This document shows, one piece after another, positions 29,649 through 37,910 of a DNA stretch of 64,000 bases. The first letter of the stretch is position 1. Each line of letters begins with the position of its first letter. This DNA comes from Gemmatimonadales bacterium UBA4456 (GTDB lineage Bacteria > Gemmatimonadota > Gemmatimonadetes > Longimicrobiales > Gaopeijiaceae), in contig DGOW01000054.1 in NCBI GenBank assembly GCA_002390225.1, positions 71,364 to 135,363 of the forward strand, given 5' to 3'. The position numbers were made by a program, and so were the translations under genes. Under the pieces are notes generated by a model. That model did not search any database. It was given only the letters and a program-made list of their open reading frames with translations, and was not told where the DNA came from.

Positions 29649-29963
29649 CTAGCGGCGGAACCGGAACAGGAAGATTGCGCCGACGAGGGCGAAGCCGACG
29701 GCTGCCTTCATGATCGCTTCCCGGTCCCATTCCTCGGTTCGCAGGGTGCGGGAGCGCCGTTCCTGATCGACGTGGATGCTGCAGTACGACGATTCGGTTT
29801 GGGTGTCACGCCTGCAGCGATCTCCCTTCTTCGTTTTTCCTTCGCACTGTGCCACGATCAGCCCCCTTCGCTGCAGTGCCGACGCCAGTTGTCGGTTCGT
29901 ACTGGTACTACGGTTGGACCATCGATTCGGTTCACCGATGATGCACGGATGTTCGGCGTTCAT
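29649..29963 (-). CDS. hypothetical small C-terminally anchored protein with a Cys/His zinc-finger-like motif
   Basis: 104 aa. Has CEGKTKKGDRCRRDTQTESSYCSIH (C-x9-C-x12-C-x2-H) and a C-terminal hydrophobic helix AAVGFALVGAIFLF. The start is only 29 nt from the divergent gene, so it is uncertain. Confidence 0.45.
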   Translation of the reverse strand: MNAEHPCIIGEPNRWSNRSTSTNRQLASALQRRGLIVAQCEGKTKKGDRCRRDTQTESSYCSIHVDQERRSRTLRTEEWDREAIMKAAVGFALVGAIFLFRFRR

Positions 29964-29992
29964 GCTTCCGGGCGCATGACACGCCGGGTAGC

Positions 29993-30589
29993 TTGCCGGC
30001 CATGCCCTACATCGAACAGGTACCGGTCAGCGAGGCGAAAGGCCTCCTGAAGAAGCTCCTCGACGAGGCCATGGAGCGCGCGGGTCGCGTCTGGCACATC
30101 ATCCATATCATGAGTCAGAACCCACGGGCCATGGACGCCTCGATGGCGTTCTACGGCGCTATCATGTGCGGGCCGTCGCCGCTGACTCGCTGGCAGCGAG
30201 AGATGCTGGCGACCGTCACCTCGAAGGCGAACGACTGCTTTTACTGAACGCAGTCGCATGCGCATGACCTCCGGGCTGAGGTCGAGGATTTGTTCGAGAC
30301 GGACGAAGAGCGAGACGTCTTCGTGCACGAGATCGCGCGCGACTGGCGCGGCGCTCAGCTTTCGGAGGCTAACCAGGCGCTCTGCAGACATGCTGAAGTG
30401 CTCACGCATCATCAGCATTCGGCCGGCCAGCACTCGGTCGACGAGCTGCGTGCACACGGCTTTGACGACCGAGCCATCCACGATGCCACTCAGGTGATCG
30501 CGTACTTCAACTACATCACCCGCGTGGCGGACGGACTCGGAGTGGAGCCAGAGGATTTCATCGAGCCTTGGGGTCTGGAGCCGCTCTGA
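29993..30589 (+). CDS. AhpD-like / carboxymuconolactone decarboxylase-family peroxidase-related protein, predicted selenoprotein (TGA 30245-30247 read as Sec)
   Basis: Track ORFs 29993..30247 and 30290..30589 share one frame. The joined product reads ...SKANDCFY-U-TQSHAHDL..., matching the family N-x-C-x-Y-C-x-x-x-H motif. The C-terminal half (QVIAYFNYITRVADGLG) is still family-like. The start may be Met at 30002 (MPYIEQV). Confidence 0.7.
30266..30283 (+). promoter_or_regulatory. SECIS-like hairpin downstream of the in-frame UGA
   Basis: GACCTC-cgggct-GAGGTC is a perfect 6-bp stem with a G-containing 6-nt loop. It starts 19 nt after the TGA. Confidence 0.5.
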
Positions 30590-30664
30590 TGGGGGCTGGC
30601 GCGGCGGTGTATATTGCGGCGTTCTGTTGACGTGAGGAGCGCTCGGCGCTCCACGCCTCCGACC

Positions 30665-31651
30665 ATGATGCCCATGGATACCAAGCGCCCGACCGTTGCT
30701 GCCGCCGAGGAAATTCTCGGCAGCTATTTTCCGGTACTCGACCACGGCTTCGTTTCACTTGTCGACTACATGGGGTCGGACGACGACGTCGAGCGCGCGG
30801 CTCGGGTCAGTTACGGCTTCGGGACACGGAAGGTCTCCCAGACACGTGGGTTGGTGCGTTACCTCCGGCGGCATCGTCATACGACGCCGTCCGAGATGGT
30901 GGAGTTCAAGTTGCATTGCGCGATGCCGATGTTCGTGGCCCGCCAGTGGATCCGGCACAGAACGGCCTCGGTCAACGAGTTGTCGGCGCGCTACAGCCTC
31001 ATGCCGCTTCTGTTCTATACGCCCGAGCAGGAGCAGTTCGAGCTCCAGAGCCGGTCGAACAAGCAGGGTCGGGAGGGCGGTGCCTCGCAGGAGGTGTACC
31101 GAGAGGCCGTCGAGCGATGGGAGCGACTTCGGGCCGACGCCGGTGAAGCGTATTCGTGGATGCTTGAGGAAGACGTCGCGCGTGAGCTGGCTCGCATCGA
31201 CCTCCCCGTTTCGACTTATACGCAGTGGTACTGGAAGATCGACCTCCACAACCTGCTGCACTTCCTGTCTCTGCGGGTCGATACCAGAGCGCAGTGGGAG
31301 ATCCAGCAGTTCGCGCGGGTGATCGCAGGCATGGTAAAACGCGTCGCTCCGCTCTCGTACGAGGCCTGGGTCGACTACGAGCTGGGATCCGAACCACTGA
31401 CCCGCGTCGAGCGAGATCTGCTCTCCCGGGTGGTCGAGGGGGACGACAAAGGGATTCGGGCGCGTGACGGCGCGAGTCTCAGCATGGACGAGATGAAAGA
31501 GGCCGGTCTTTCGCCCCGTGAGGCTCTCGAAATGATGGAAAAACTGAGTGCCCCATCGATTCCCGATTTCGAGCTGGACCTGTCGACCATGGTCGACGCG
31601 GACACGATGGCGTCGAAGATGTACGAAGCCGTGCCGAGCAGCTTCGAGTAG
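30665..31651 (+). CDS. thyX: FAD-dependent thymidylate synthase
   Basis: Internal Met of ORF 30614..31651. Has the ThyX signature RHRTASVNELSARY (RHRxxSxxxxSxRY). Confidence 0.95.
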   Translation: MMPMDTKRPTVAAAEEILGSYFPVLDHGFVSLVDYMGSDDDVERAARVSYGFGTRKVSQTRGLVRYLRRHRHTTPSEMVEFKLHCAMPMFVARQWIRHRTASVNELSARYSLMPLLFYTPEQEQFELQSRSNKQGREGGASQEVYREAVERWERLRADAGEAYSWMLEEDVARELARIDLPVSTYTQWYWKIDLHNLLHFLSLRVDTRAQWEIQQFARVIAGMVKRVAPLSYEAWVDYELGSEPLTRVERDLLSRVVEGDDKGIRARDGASLSMDEMKEAGLSPREALEMMEKLSAPSIPDFELDLSTMVDADTMASKMYEAVPSSFE

Positions 31652-31657
31652 GGCAGC

Positions 31658-33025
31658 CTACTTCACCCAGACCGTCTTTGCGTTCGTGAACTCGAGGAGG
31701 CCGAGCGGGCTGAGCTCGCGCCCGTAGCCGCTTTCCTTCGTGCCGCCGAATGGCAGGCGCGGGTCCGACTTCACGATCCCGTTTACGAAGCAGTTCCCGG
31801 CGTCGAGCAGCTCGGCCGCGATCTGCTCACCTCGCTTTGCGTCCCCGGTGTAGATCGAAGCTCCCAGCCCGAATGACGTGTCGTTGGCGATACGGATCGC
31901 GTCTTCCTCGTCTTTCGCCGAGATGACCGTGGCCACAGGGCCGAACAACTCCTCGGAGTAGGCGGCCATACCGGGTTCGACGTCGGACAGGATCGTCGTG
32001 GGGTACCATGCCCCGTCCCGCCCCGGCAGCTCACCGCCGATCACGAGCCGCGCACCTTCCGAGATCGAGCGGGAGACCTGGTCGTGCAGTGTGTCTCGGA
32101 GGTCTTCACGTGCCATGGGCCCGAGGGCCGTGTCCGGGTCGGCCGGATCACCGACCGCCCAGTCGTTCATCGCGTCGACGAGCTTCTTCTCGAAGGCGTC
32201 GCGCACCGACTCTACGACCACAAAGCGTTTGGCGGCGACGCAGCTCTGACCCGTGTTGATGAGACGTCCCATGGCACAGCTTTTCGCTGCCGCGTCCAGA
32301 TCGGCGTCGGCGAGGACCACGGAGGGGTCGCTGCCGCCCAGTTCCAGGACGCACGGTTTGATGGCGGCCCCGGCGCGTGCGGCTACGGCCCTGCCGGCTT
32401 GGACACTACCGGTCAGGCTGACTGCGCGGACCCGGGGGTCGTCGATCAGGTCGCCGGCCGTGTCCACACCAATGAACAGGTTCGCGAACAGCCCTTCGGG
32501 ATACCCGGCATCATGGAAGAGCTGCTCGAGTGCTGCAGCGCACCCCGGCACACACGGTGCGTGCTTGAGCAGAGCGGCGTTACCAGCAGTGAGTGCCGGA
32601 GTGGCAAAACGGATGACCTGCCAGAAGGGGAAATTCCACGGCATGATGCCGAGCACGATACCAAGAGGGCGATACGTCCAATAGCTCGCCGTGCCGTCCG
32701 TAGGCGCGTCAACGGGCATCAGCAGGCCGGATGCCTGTTCCGCATAGTAGTCGCATATCCAGGCGCACTTGGCGGCCTCGGCCACCCCCTGGCTGATCGG
32801 CTTGCCCATCTCCCGGGTCATCAGAGCACCGTAGTCGTCCTTCCGTTCGCGAAGCAGACGACCGATCTCGAGCAGGGGCTGGATCCGGTCCTCGATCGAC
32901 TGGAGACGCCACTCCAGGTGAGCCGCATGTGCTGCCGCGATCTTCTGTTCCACGGATGTGGATGACTCGAACGGTACCTCGGCGATCCGCTCTCCGGTGG
33001 CGGGATCGACGGCGATGAACGACAT
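31658..33025 (-). CDS. NAD(P)-dependent succinate-semialdehyde/aldehyde dehydrogenase
   Basis: ORF 31658..33058. Met at 33025 gives MSFIAVDPATGERI, a typical ALDH N-terminus (455 aa). Contains VLELGGSDP and GQSCVAAKRF catalytic blocks. Confidence 0.9.
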   Translation of the reverse strand: MSFIAVDPATGERIAEVPFESSTSVEQKIAAAHAAHLEWRLQSIEDRIQPLLEIGRLLRERKDDYGALMTREMGKPISQGVAEAAKCAWICDYYAEQASGLLMPVDAPTDGTASYWTYRPLGIVLGIMPWNFPFWQVIRFATPALTAGNAALLKHAPCVPGCAAALEQLFHDAGYPEGLFANLFIGVDTAGDLIDDPRVRAVSLTGSVQAGRAVAARAGAAIKPCVLELGGSDPSVVLADADLDAAAKSCAMGRLINTGQSCVAAKRFVVVESVRDAFEKKLVDAMNDWAVGDPADPDTALGPMAREDLRDTLHDQVSRSISEGARLVIGGELPGRDGAWYPTTILSDVEPGMAAYSEELFGPVATVISAKDEEDAIRIANDTSFGLGASIYTGDAKRGEQIAAELLDAGNCFVNGIVKSDPRLPFGGTKESGYGRELSPLGLLEFTNAKTVWVK

Positions 33026-33146
33026 GGGGAGGGGCTTCCTTTCGACGGGTCGAGACAATGAGGCGCCATTCTAGCGGAACCCCGTTCGTCTCGCCGGGAT
33101 TGCGTGGACGAGGTTACCATGCTGCCCCGCCCACCTCACCGATTCA

Positions 33147-34100
33147 ATGGGAATCCAGCTCCCCCAAGCTACGCCACCGAACTCGACGCCGGCGCCATCA
33201 GCAGATGTTGAAGAGGCGCCGACGGTCGAGTTGCGCGCGCTGGATCAGCTGTGGTTCCAGGTCTCGGGGACGGTGTGCAACCTCCGCTGTAATCACTGTT
33301 TCATCTCGTGCTCGCCCGAGAACCACTCGTTCTGGTTCATGTCCCGCGACGAGGTCAGGGCGTCGCTGGATGCCTCGGTTCGCCTTGGCGTGAAGGAGTA
33401 CTACTTCACGGGCGGCGAGCCCTTCATGAATCGGGACATGCTGGGCATTCTCGAGGATGCCCTGGCGCTCGGGCCGGTCACGGTGCTGACCAATGCCACG
33501 CTGCTGCCTCAGCGGACGGTCGATGCGCTGGCGGTGCTGGCGGCGGCGTCCCCGTACACGCTCGAGATGCGGGTGAGCATCGACGGGGTCACGGCGGAGA
33601 TGAACGACGCGATTCGCGGGGATGGTTCGTTCGACCGTGCGATCGGGGCTGTCGGACGCCTCGCCGCAGCCGGTTTTCTGCCGATCATCACCACGATGCA
33701 GACGTGGTCCGAGGTCGAGACCGACGGCATCCTCGCCGCGTTCTGGGACGTCCTCGGGAAGGTTGGGTACGACCGCCCGCGTCTGAAGATCCTGCCTCCG
33801 CTACGCATCGGTGCCGAGGCCTCACGTGATCGCGGCTACGACGAATTCGAACGGGTGACCCATGACATGATGGCGGAGTACCCGGCGGAACTCCTCCTGT
33901 GCTCGAGTGCCCGTCTCGTGACGGCGTCGGGTATGTGGGCGTGCCCGATTCTGCTCGACTATGAGTCCGGACGGCTTGCGCACACGCTGGAGGAGGCGGC
34001 GGCCAGGCCCGCCGTCCTCGCGGAACAGGCGTGCTACACCTGCTGGGTAAACGGAGCGATCTGCTCCAACATGCCCGGCTTCGCTGCCGATCCGGCGTGA
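33147..34100 (+). CDS. radical SAM protein with C-terminal SPASM/twitch-like cysteine cluster
   Basis: 317 aa. CNLRCNHCF is the CxxxCxxC motif and FTGGEPF a SAM-binding GGE-like block. The C-terminus has C-x13-C ... C-x2-C-x6-C (CSSARLVTASGMWAC ... CYTCWVNGAIC). Confidence 0.85.
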   Translation: MGIQLPQATPPNSTPAPSADVEEAPTVELRALDQLWFQVSGTVCNLRCNHCFISCSPENHSFWFMSRDEVRASLDASVRLGVKEYYFTGGEPFMNRDMLGILEDALALGPVTVLTNATLLPQRTVDALAVLAAASPYTLEMRVSIDGVTAEMNDAIRGDGSFDRAIGAVGRLAAAGFLPIITTMQTWSEVETDGILAAFWDVLGKVGYDRPRLKILPPLRIGAEASRDRGYDEFERVTHDMMAEYPAELLLCSSARLVTASGMWACPILLDYESGRLAHTLEEAAARPAVLAEQACYTCWVNGAICSNMPGFAADPA

Positions 34101-34116
34101 CGGTGGGCCGGCGACC

Positions 34117-34926
34117 ATGATCGGAGTCGAGGCGGGGGGGACGTACACGAAAGTTGCAGCGTTCGGTGGCGTCTACTCGAATCACCTCGCGCTCGGAGCT
34201 GCCATCGACGACGCGCTCAGTCGTGGAGCCGAGGCCGCGATCTGTCTCGGTGATCTTGGAGCCTTCGGCCCCAATCCTGACAAGGTCTTCCCGCTTCTTC
34301 GGGAGCACGGAGTCAGCGTGGTTCGAGGCAACTACGACGACTCGATAGCACGCGGCCTGGAAGACTGTCAGTGCGGGTACACGGATCCCCGGGACAATCA
34401 CTACGCACGCCTCTCCTACCAGTACACGTTCCAGAACACCTCGCCGAAGAACCGCAGCTGGATGGCGACCTTCCCCGAGGAGATCCGATTCCGGATGGGA
34501 GCGCTGGACGTCCTCGCGTGCCACGGGAGTCCGCGCCAGACGAACGAGTTCCTCTGGGATTCCGCCACACCGACCCACTTTCTCGACAAGCTGGCTCAGG
34601 ACTTCGATACGGACGTGATCGTCGGCACCCATACGGGCGTCCACTGGATGCGTCGCTGGGGAGACCACCGGGCCTATGTGAATGTCGGGGCCCTCGGGCG
34701 ACCGGCGAACGATGGAAGGACTGACGTCTGGTACGCCATGCTGGAGGTTGTCGATGGCGACCTCGCCGTCGACTTCGTTCCGATCGGCTACGATCACGCG
34801 GCTCTGGCCATAGAGATGCGAGACGAAGAGCTTCCCGAGGAATTCGTCGAGACGATCCTCACCGGATGGTGGACTACGTGCCTGGAAATTCTGCCTGGAA
34901 AAGAGAGAGCCGCCGGGCGGTTCTGA
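34117..34926 (+). CDS. metallophosphoesterase-fold protein with non-canonical active-site motifs
   Basis: 269 aa. The order of MPP blocks is retained, but they read GGVYSN (usual D-x-H-G-N), LGDLGAFGP (GD kept), GNYD (usual GNH[DE]), CHGSP (H kept) and GTHTG (usual GH-x-H). There is also a DCQCGY Cys pair. Confidence 0.75.
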   Translation: MIGVEAGGTYTKVAAFGGVYSNHLALGAAIDDALSRGAEAAICLGDLGAFGPNPDKVFPLLREHGVSVVRGNYDDSIARGLEDCQCGYTDPRDNHYARLSYQYTFQNTSPKNRSWMATFPEEIRFRMGALDVLACHGSPRQTNEFLWDSATPTHFLDKLAQDFDTDVIVGTHTGVHWMRRWGDHRAYVNVGALGRPANDGRTDVWYAMLEVVDGDLAVDFVPIGYDHAALAIEMRDEELPEEFVETILTGWWTTCLEILPGKERAAGRF

Positions 34927-34945
34927 ACCTGTCGCGGGGCGGCCG

Positions 34946-35446
34946 GTGAACGGTGCTATCCGGCTCTTCGTGACAGGAGGCACGTTCGACAAGGAATACG
35001 ACGAGATTCACGGCACGCTCGACTTCCGGGCCACACACATTCCGGACATGCTCGCCATGGCTCGGTCGAGGATCGACGTTCGGATTCGAACGCTGATGAT
35101 GGTCGACTCCCTGGAGATGACGGAGGCCGATCGGGCTGTGATCGCGGACAACTGCCGCGACGTGCCCGAGCCGCACATCGTCATCACGCACGGCACCGAC
35201 ACGATGGTCGAGACGGCGCGGGTACTCGCCGAACACGCATCGGACAAAACCATTGTCCTGACCGGCGCGATGATCCCAATTGCCTTCGGGTCGTCCGACG
35301 GGCTGTTCAATCTGGGTGGTGCCTTGACCGCCGTTCAGGTGCTGCCGCCCGGCGTGTACATCATCATGAACGGGTGCGTATTCCCGTGGGACAACGTGCA
35401 AAAGAATCGCGAGACCGGGGTGTTTGAAGCGGTCGAGCAGGGCTGA
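34946..35446 (+). CDS. asparaginase N-terminal-domain-only protein
   Basis: 166 aa, GTG start. VTGGTFDK (TGGT motif) and THGTDTM blocks of L-asparaginase/GatD-type N-domains. No C-terminal domain. Confidence 0.75.
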   Translation: MNGAIRLFVTGGTFDKEYDEIHGTLDFRATHIPDMLAMARSRIDVRIRTLMMVDSLEMTEADRAVIADNCRDVPEPHIVITHGTDTMVETARVLAEHASDKTIVLTGAMIPIAFGSSDGLFNLGGALTAVQVLPPGVYIIMNGCVFPWDNVQKNRETGVFEAVEQG

Positions 35447-35460
35447 GTCAGTCTGGCGGT

Positions 35461-35682
35461 CTAGCGGCCTGGCGGCCTTCGGCTCACCGGGAAGCCCAGA
35501 CCCGTGGCAACGACCAGGAGGCGCAGCCCACCCTCACCGATCCCGAATGCCGGAAAGACGATCTTCGCGAGCCGGGGGATCACGAACGCTGCCGGCCCGT
35601 CGCTCACAACATCGACTCGGTACCCGGCGCCTTCCAGAATGGACTTGAAGAGCGTCGGTTGTCCTGCTTCGTCATCGACCAC
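35461..35682 (-). pseudogene. possible degenerate response-regulator receiver fragment
   Basis: The reading frame gives (HHIL)VVDDEAGQPTLFKSILEGAGYRVDVVSDGPAA, a receiver-like N-terminus. It then loses the phospho-acceptor region and stops after 73 aa. There is no ATG and no well-placed SD. Confidence 0.3.
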
Positions 35683-36056
35683 GAGGATGTGGTGGCTGCC
35701 TGGCCTCCTGGTTCAGCGGGAATGAGTGCCCCAGGTCGACGCTCTTCCGTGTCCAGGTCAGCCACCGCGAGTTCTGCCTGCCCGGCGAGGCTCGCCGCGA
35801 GATCCTCGAGCGACACCTCCGCAGCCTGGCAGACGGGATCCCATGCTTGAGTCATCTGGGCGGTCGCCGCGGTGTCCGCGTCTGCTGCACCGGTGACGTC
35901 GAGAGCTTCGCGGGAGGATTGTGGCGGAACGATCGAGACTGCCTCCTGAACTATCTTATTATGCGGTCGCGCAGCTGAAACGGTTGTTCGGGTGCCCCGG
36001 CTCCTCCGCTTTCGTAGATTCTCGACTTCAGGTGGCTGTCATCTAGCCTCCGCGGA

Positions 36057-37901
36057 GTGTTCAACCAGGAGTCCAGTCTGAGCTCGCCCCAGATCGCTTA
36101 TGTCGACGGTCCGCGCCTCCGGCGCTCGCTGATCGCGGCTTGCGAGTACGCGGAGCGCCAGCGCGCCGAGCTGAACAGGATCAATGTCTTCCCGGTTCCA
36201 GACGGAGACACAGGCACCAACCTCGCCCTCACCGTCCGTTCGATCGGGGACCATCTCCGTGGGAGCAGGGGCCGTTCCGTCTCCGGTGTTGCGAGCGAGG
36301 CGGCAGAAGGAGCGGTTCTTGGCGCGCGCGGCAATGTCGGAATGATGCTCTCGCACTTTCTGCTCGGGTTCGCCGACAGCGTGCAGGACCGGACACGGAT
36401 CACGACCGGTGAGTTTGGTGCGGCCCTTGGAGCAGGGGTCGAGCGCTTATACTCGTCTTTGGAGAATCCGGTCGAGGGCACCATCCTGACCGTCATGCGC
36501 GACACGGCGACGGCCGCTCGCCAGTCCGAAGCGGACGATTTCGTCACCCTCGTGGTTGAGGTTGTCGAAGAGGCTCGAGTGTCACTCTCTCGCACGCCCG
36601 AGCAGCTTGCAGTCCTCAAGAAGGCGGGCGTGGTCGACGCGGGCGCGAAAGGCTTCGTCAGCATGCTCGAAGGTGTCCTCATGTTCCTCGAGGGTGTGAC
36701 CGACGCAGTCGACGCCGGTACGCGCGAGAGCGCGGGCCTCTCTGCCGTCGCATTGACGGAGTATCCGGAGGCAGAAGAGCAGTACCGCTTTTGCACCGAG
36801 GCTCTAGCCCGCGGCGACGCGCTGCCCACTCAGCTCGAGGCGCGCGACGTCCTCCGCGAGTTCGGGGACTCGCTGATCGTGATCCGATCCACGGACGTGC
36901 TCAAGGTGCACGTGCACACCGATGAGCCAGAGGACGTCTTCGCCTATCTGCGGTCCGTCGGCGACCTGGTCACGCACAAGGCTGAGGACATGCGGGTCCA
37001 GCACGCGACGATCGGCTCCTCTCGCGGTCACATTAAGTTGGCGCGCCGGCCGGTAACAATCGTGACCGACTCCGCGTGCGACCTGTCGGAAGAGATCATC
37101 CGAGCCCATGGAATTCATGTCATCCCGATGACCTTGGTGCAGGGTGAGCAGACCTGGCGAGATGGCGTCGATCTCTCCGCGACCGAGTTCCACGAACGAC
37201 TTCGGACGGACGAGACCCTCCCGACCACGAGCCAGCCTGCGCCCGCCGAGTTCCTGGAGACGTTCCGGTCCGCCGGTGAGGAGGGTGAAGAGGTTGTCGG
37301 CGTGTTCGTCGGATCCACGTTGAGCGGCACAGTTGGGGCTGCGGAGGTTGCGGCGGGTCGGGTAGAGGATGTTTCGATCCGGGTCGTCGACTCACTGGGT
37401 GCCTCACTGCTCCAGGGCTTGATGACGCTCAAGGCCGCCGAGCTGGGTGAGCTCGGGTGGGACGCCGACAAGATCAAGGACGAGCTGATACGCATTCGGG
37501 GTCAGTCGGGGATCGTGTTCACAGTCAGCACGTTCGAGCGGCTCATCGCCTCGGGTCGGGTCGGACGCGGTAAGGCGCTTCTGGGGCGATTCCTGGGGGT
37601 CAAGCCGATCCTGGGTATGACGCCTGAGGGTGCCGTCGCTCCGTTCGGAAAAGCCTTCGGTGACAAGCGTGCGCGACCGGAACTGTTGCGAGTGGTGCGC
37701 GACCAGATACCGGCGGACACCGAAAAGGTGCGATTCGGCATCGTCCAGGTCGACATTCCGGAGGTTGTGCCGGAGATCACGCAGGCGCTCAAGGTCGAAT
37801 ACGGTGACCATGTCGATGTGCTGTCAGCGCCGGCCACCCCGGTGATCGCTACGCATACCGGTACCGGTGCGTGGGGCGTAGCTTGGCTCGTGGAGGACTG
37901 A
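36057..37901 (+). CDS. DAK2 domain - DegV domain fusion protein (FakA-like kinase module fused to FakB-like fatty-acid-binding module)
   Basis: 614 aa, GTG start. The N-terminus has PVPDGDTGTNL (Dak2 phosphate-binding motif) and DAGAKGF. Residues from about 335 onward (VTIVTDSACDLSEEIIRAHGIHVIPMTL...TSQP...) are DegV-like. Confidence 0.85.
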   Translation: MFNQESSLSSPQIAYVDGPRLRRSLIAACEYAERQRAELNRINVFPVPDGDTGTNLALTVRSIGDHLRGSRGRSVSGVASEAAEGAVLGARGNVGMMLSHFLLGFADSVQDRTRITTGEFGAALGAGVERLYSSLENPVEGTILTVMRDTATAARQSEADDFVTLVVEVVEEARVSLSRTPEQLAVLKKAGVVDAGAKGFVSMLEGVLMFLEGVTDAVDAGTRESAGLSAVALTEYPEAEEQYRFCTEALARGDALPTQLEARDVLREFGDSLIVIRSTDVLKVHVHTDEPEDVFAYLRSVGDLVTHKAEDMRVQHATIGSSRGHIKLARRPVTIVTDSACDLSEEIIRAHGIHVIPMTLVQGEQTWRDGVDLSATEFHERLRTDETLPTTSQPAPAEFLETFRSAGEEGEEVVGVFVGSTLSGTVGAAEVAAGRVEDVSIRVVDSLGASLLQGLMTLKAAELGELGWDADKIKDELIRIRGQSGIVFTVSTFERLIASGRVGRGKALLGRFLGVKPILGMTPEGAVAPFGKAFGDKRARPELLRVVRDQIPADTEKVRFGIVQVDIPEVVPEITQALKVEYGDHVDVLSAPATPVIATHTGTGAWGVAWLVED

Positions 37902-37910
37902 GACGAGCGG

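Noticed and set aside
30665-31651. ThyX C-terminal extension (~80-100 aa beyond the minimal ThyX core) as a novel domain
   Set aside because: ThyX lengths vary widely, and ~300-aa forms exist in several lineages as far as I recall. The tail is helical and acidic without motifs, so I did not report it as unusual without an alignment.
33688-34992. 434-aa minus-strand ORF
   Set aside because: It is antisense to the radical SAM and metallophosphoesterase genes, which carry clear family motifs. It has a Pro/Arg-rich composition.
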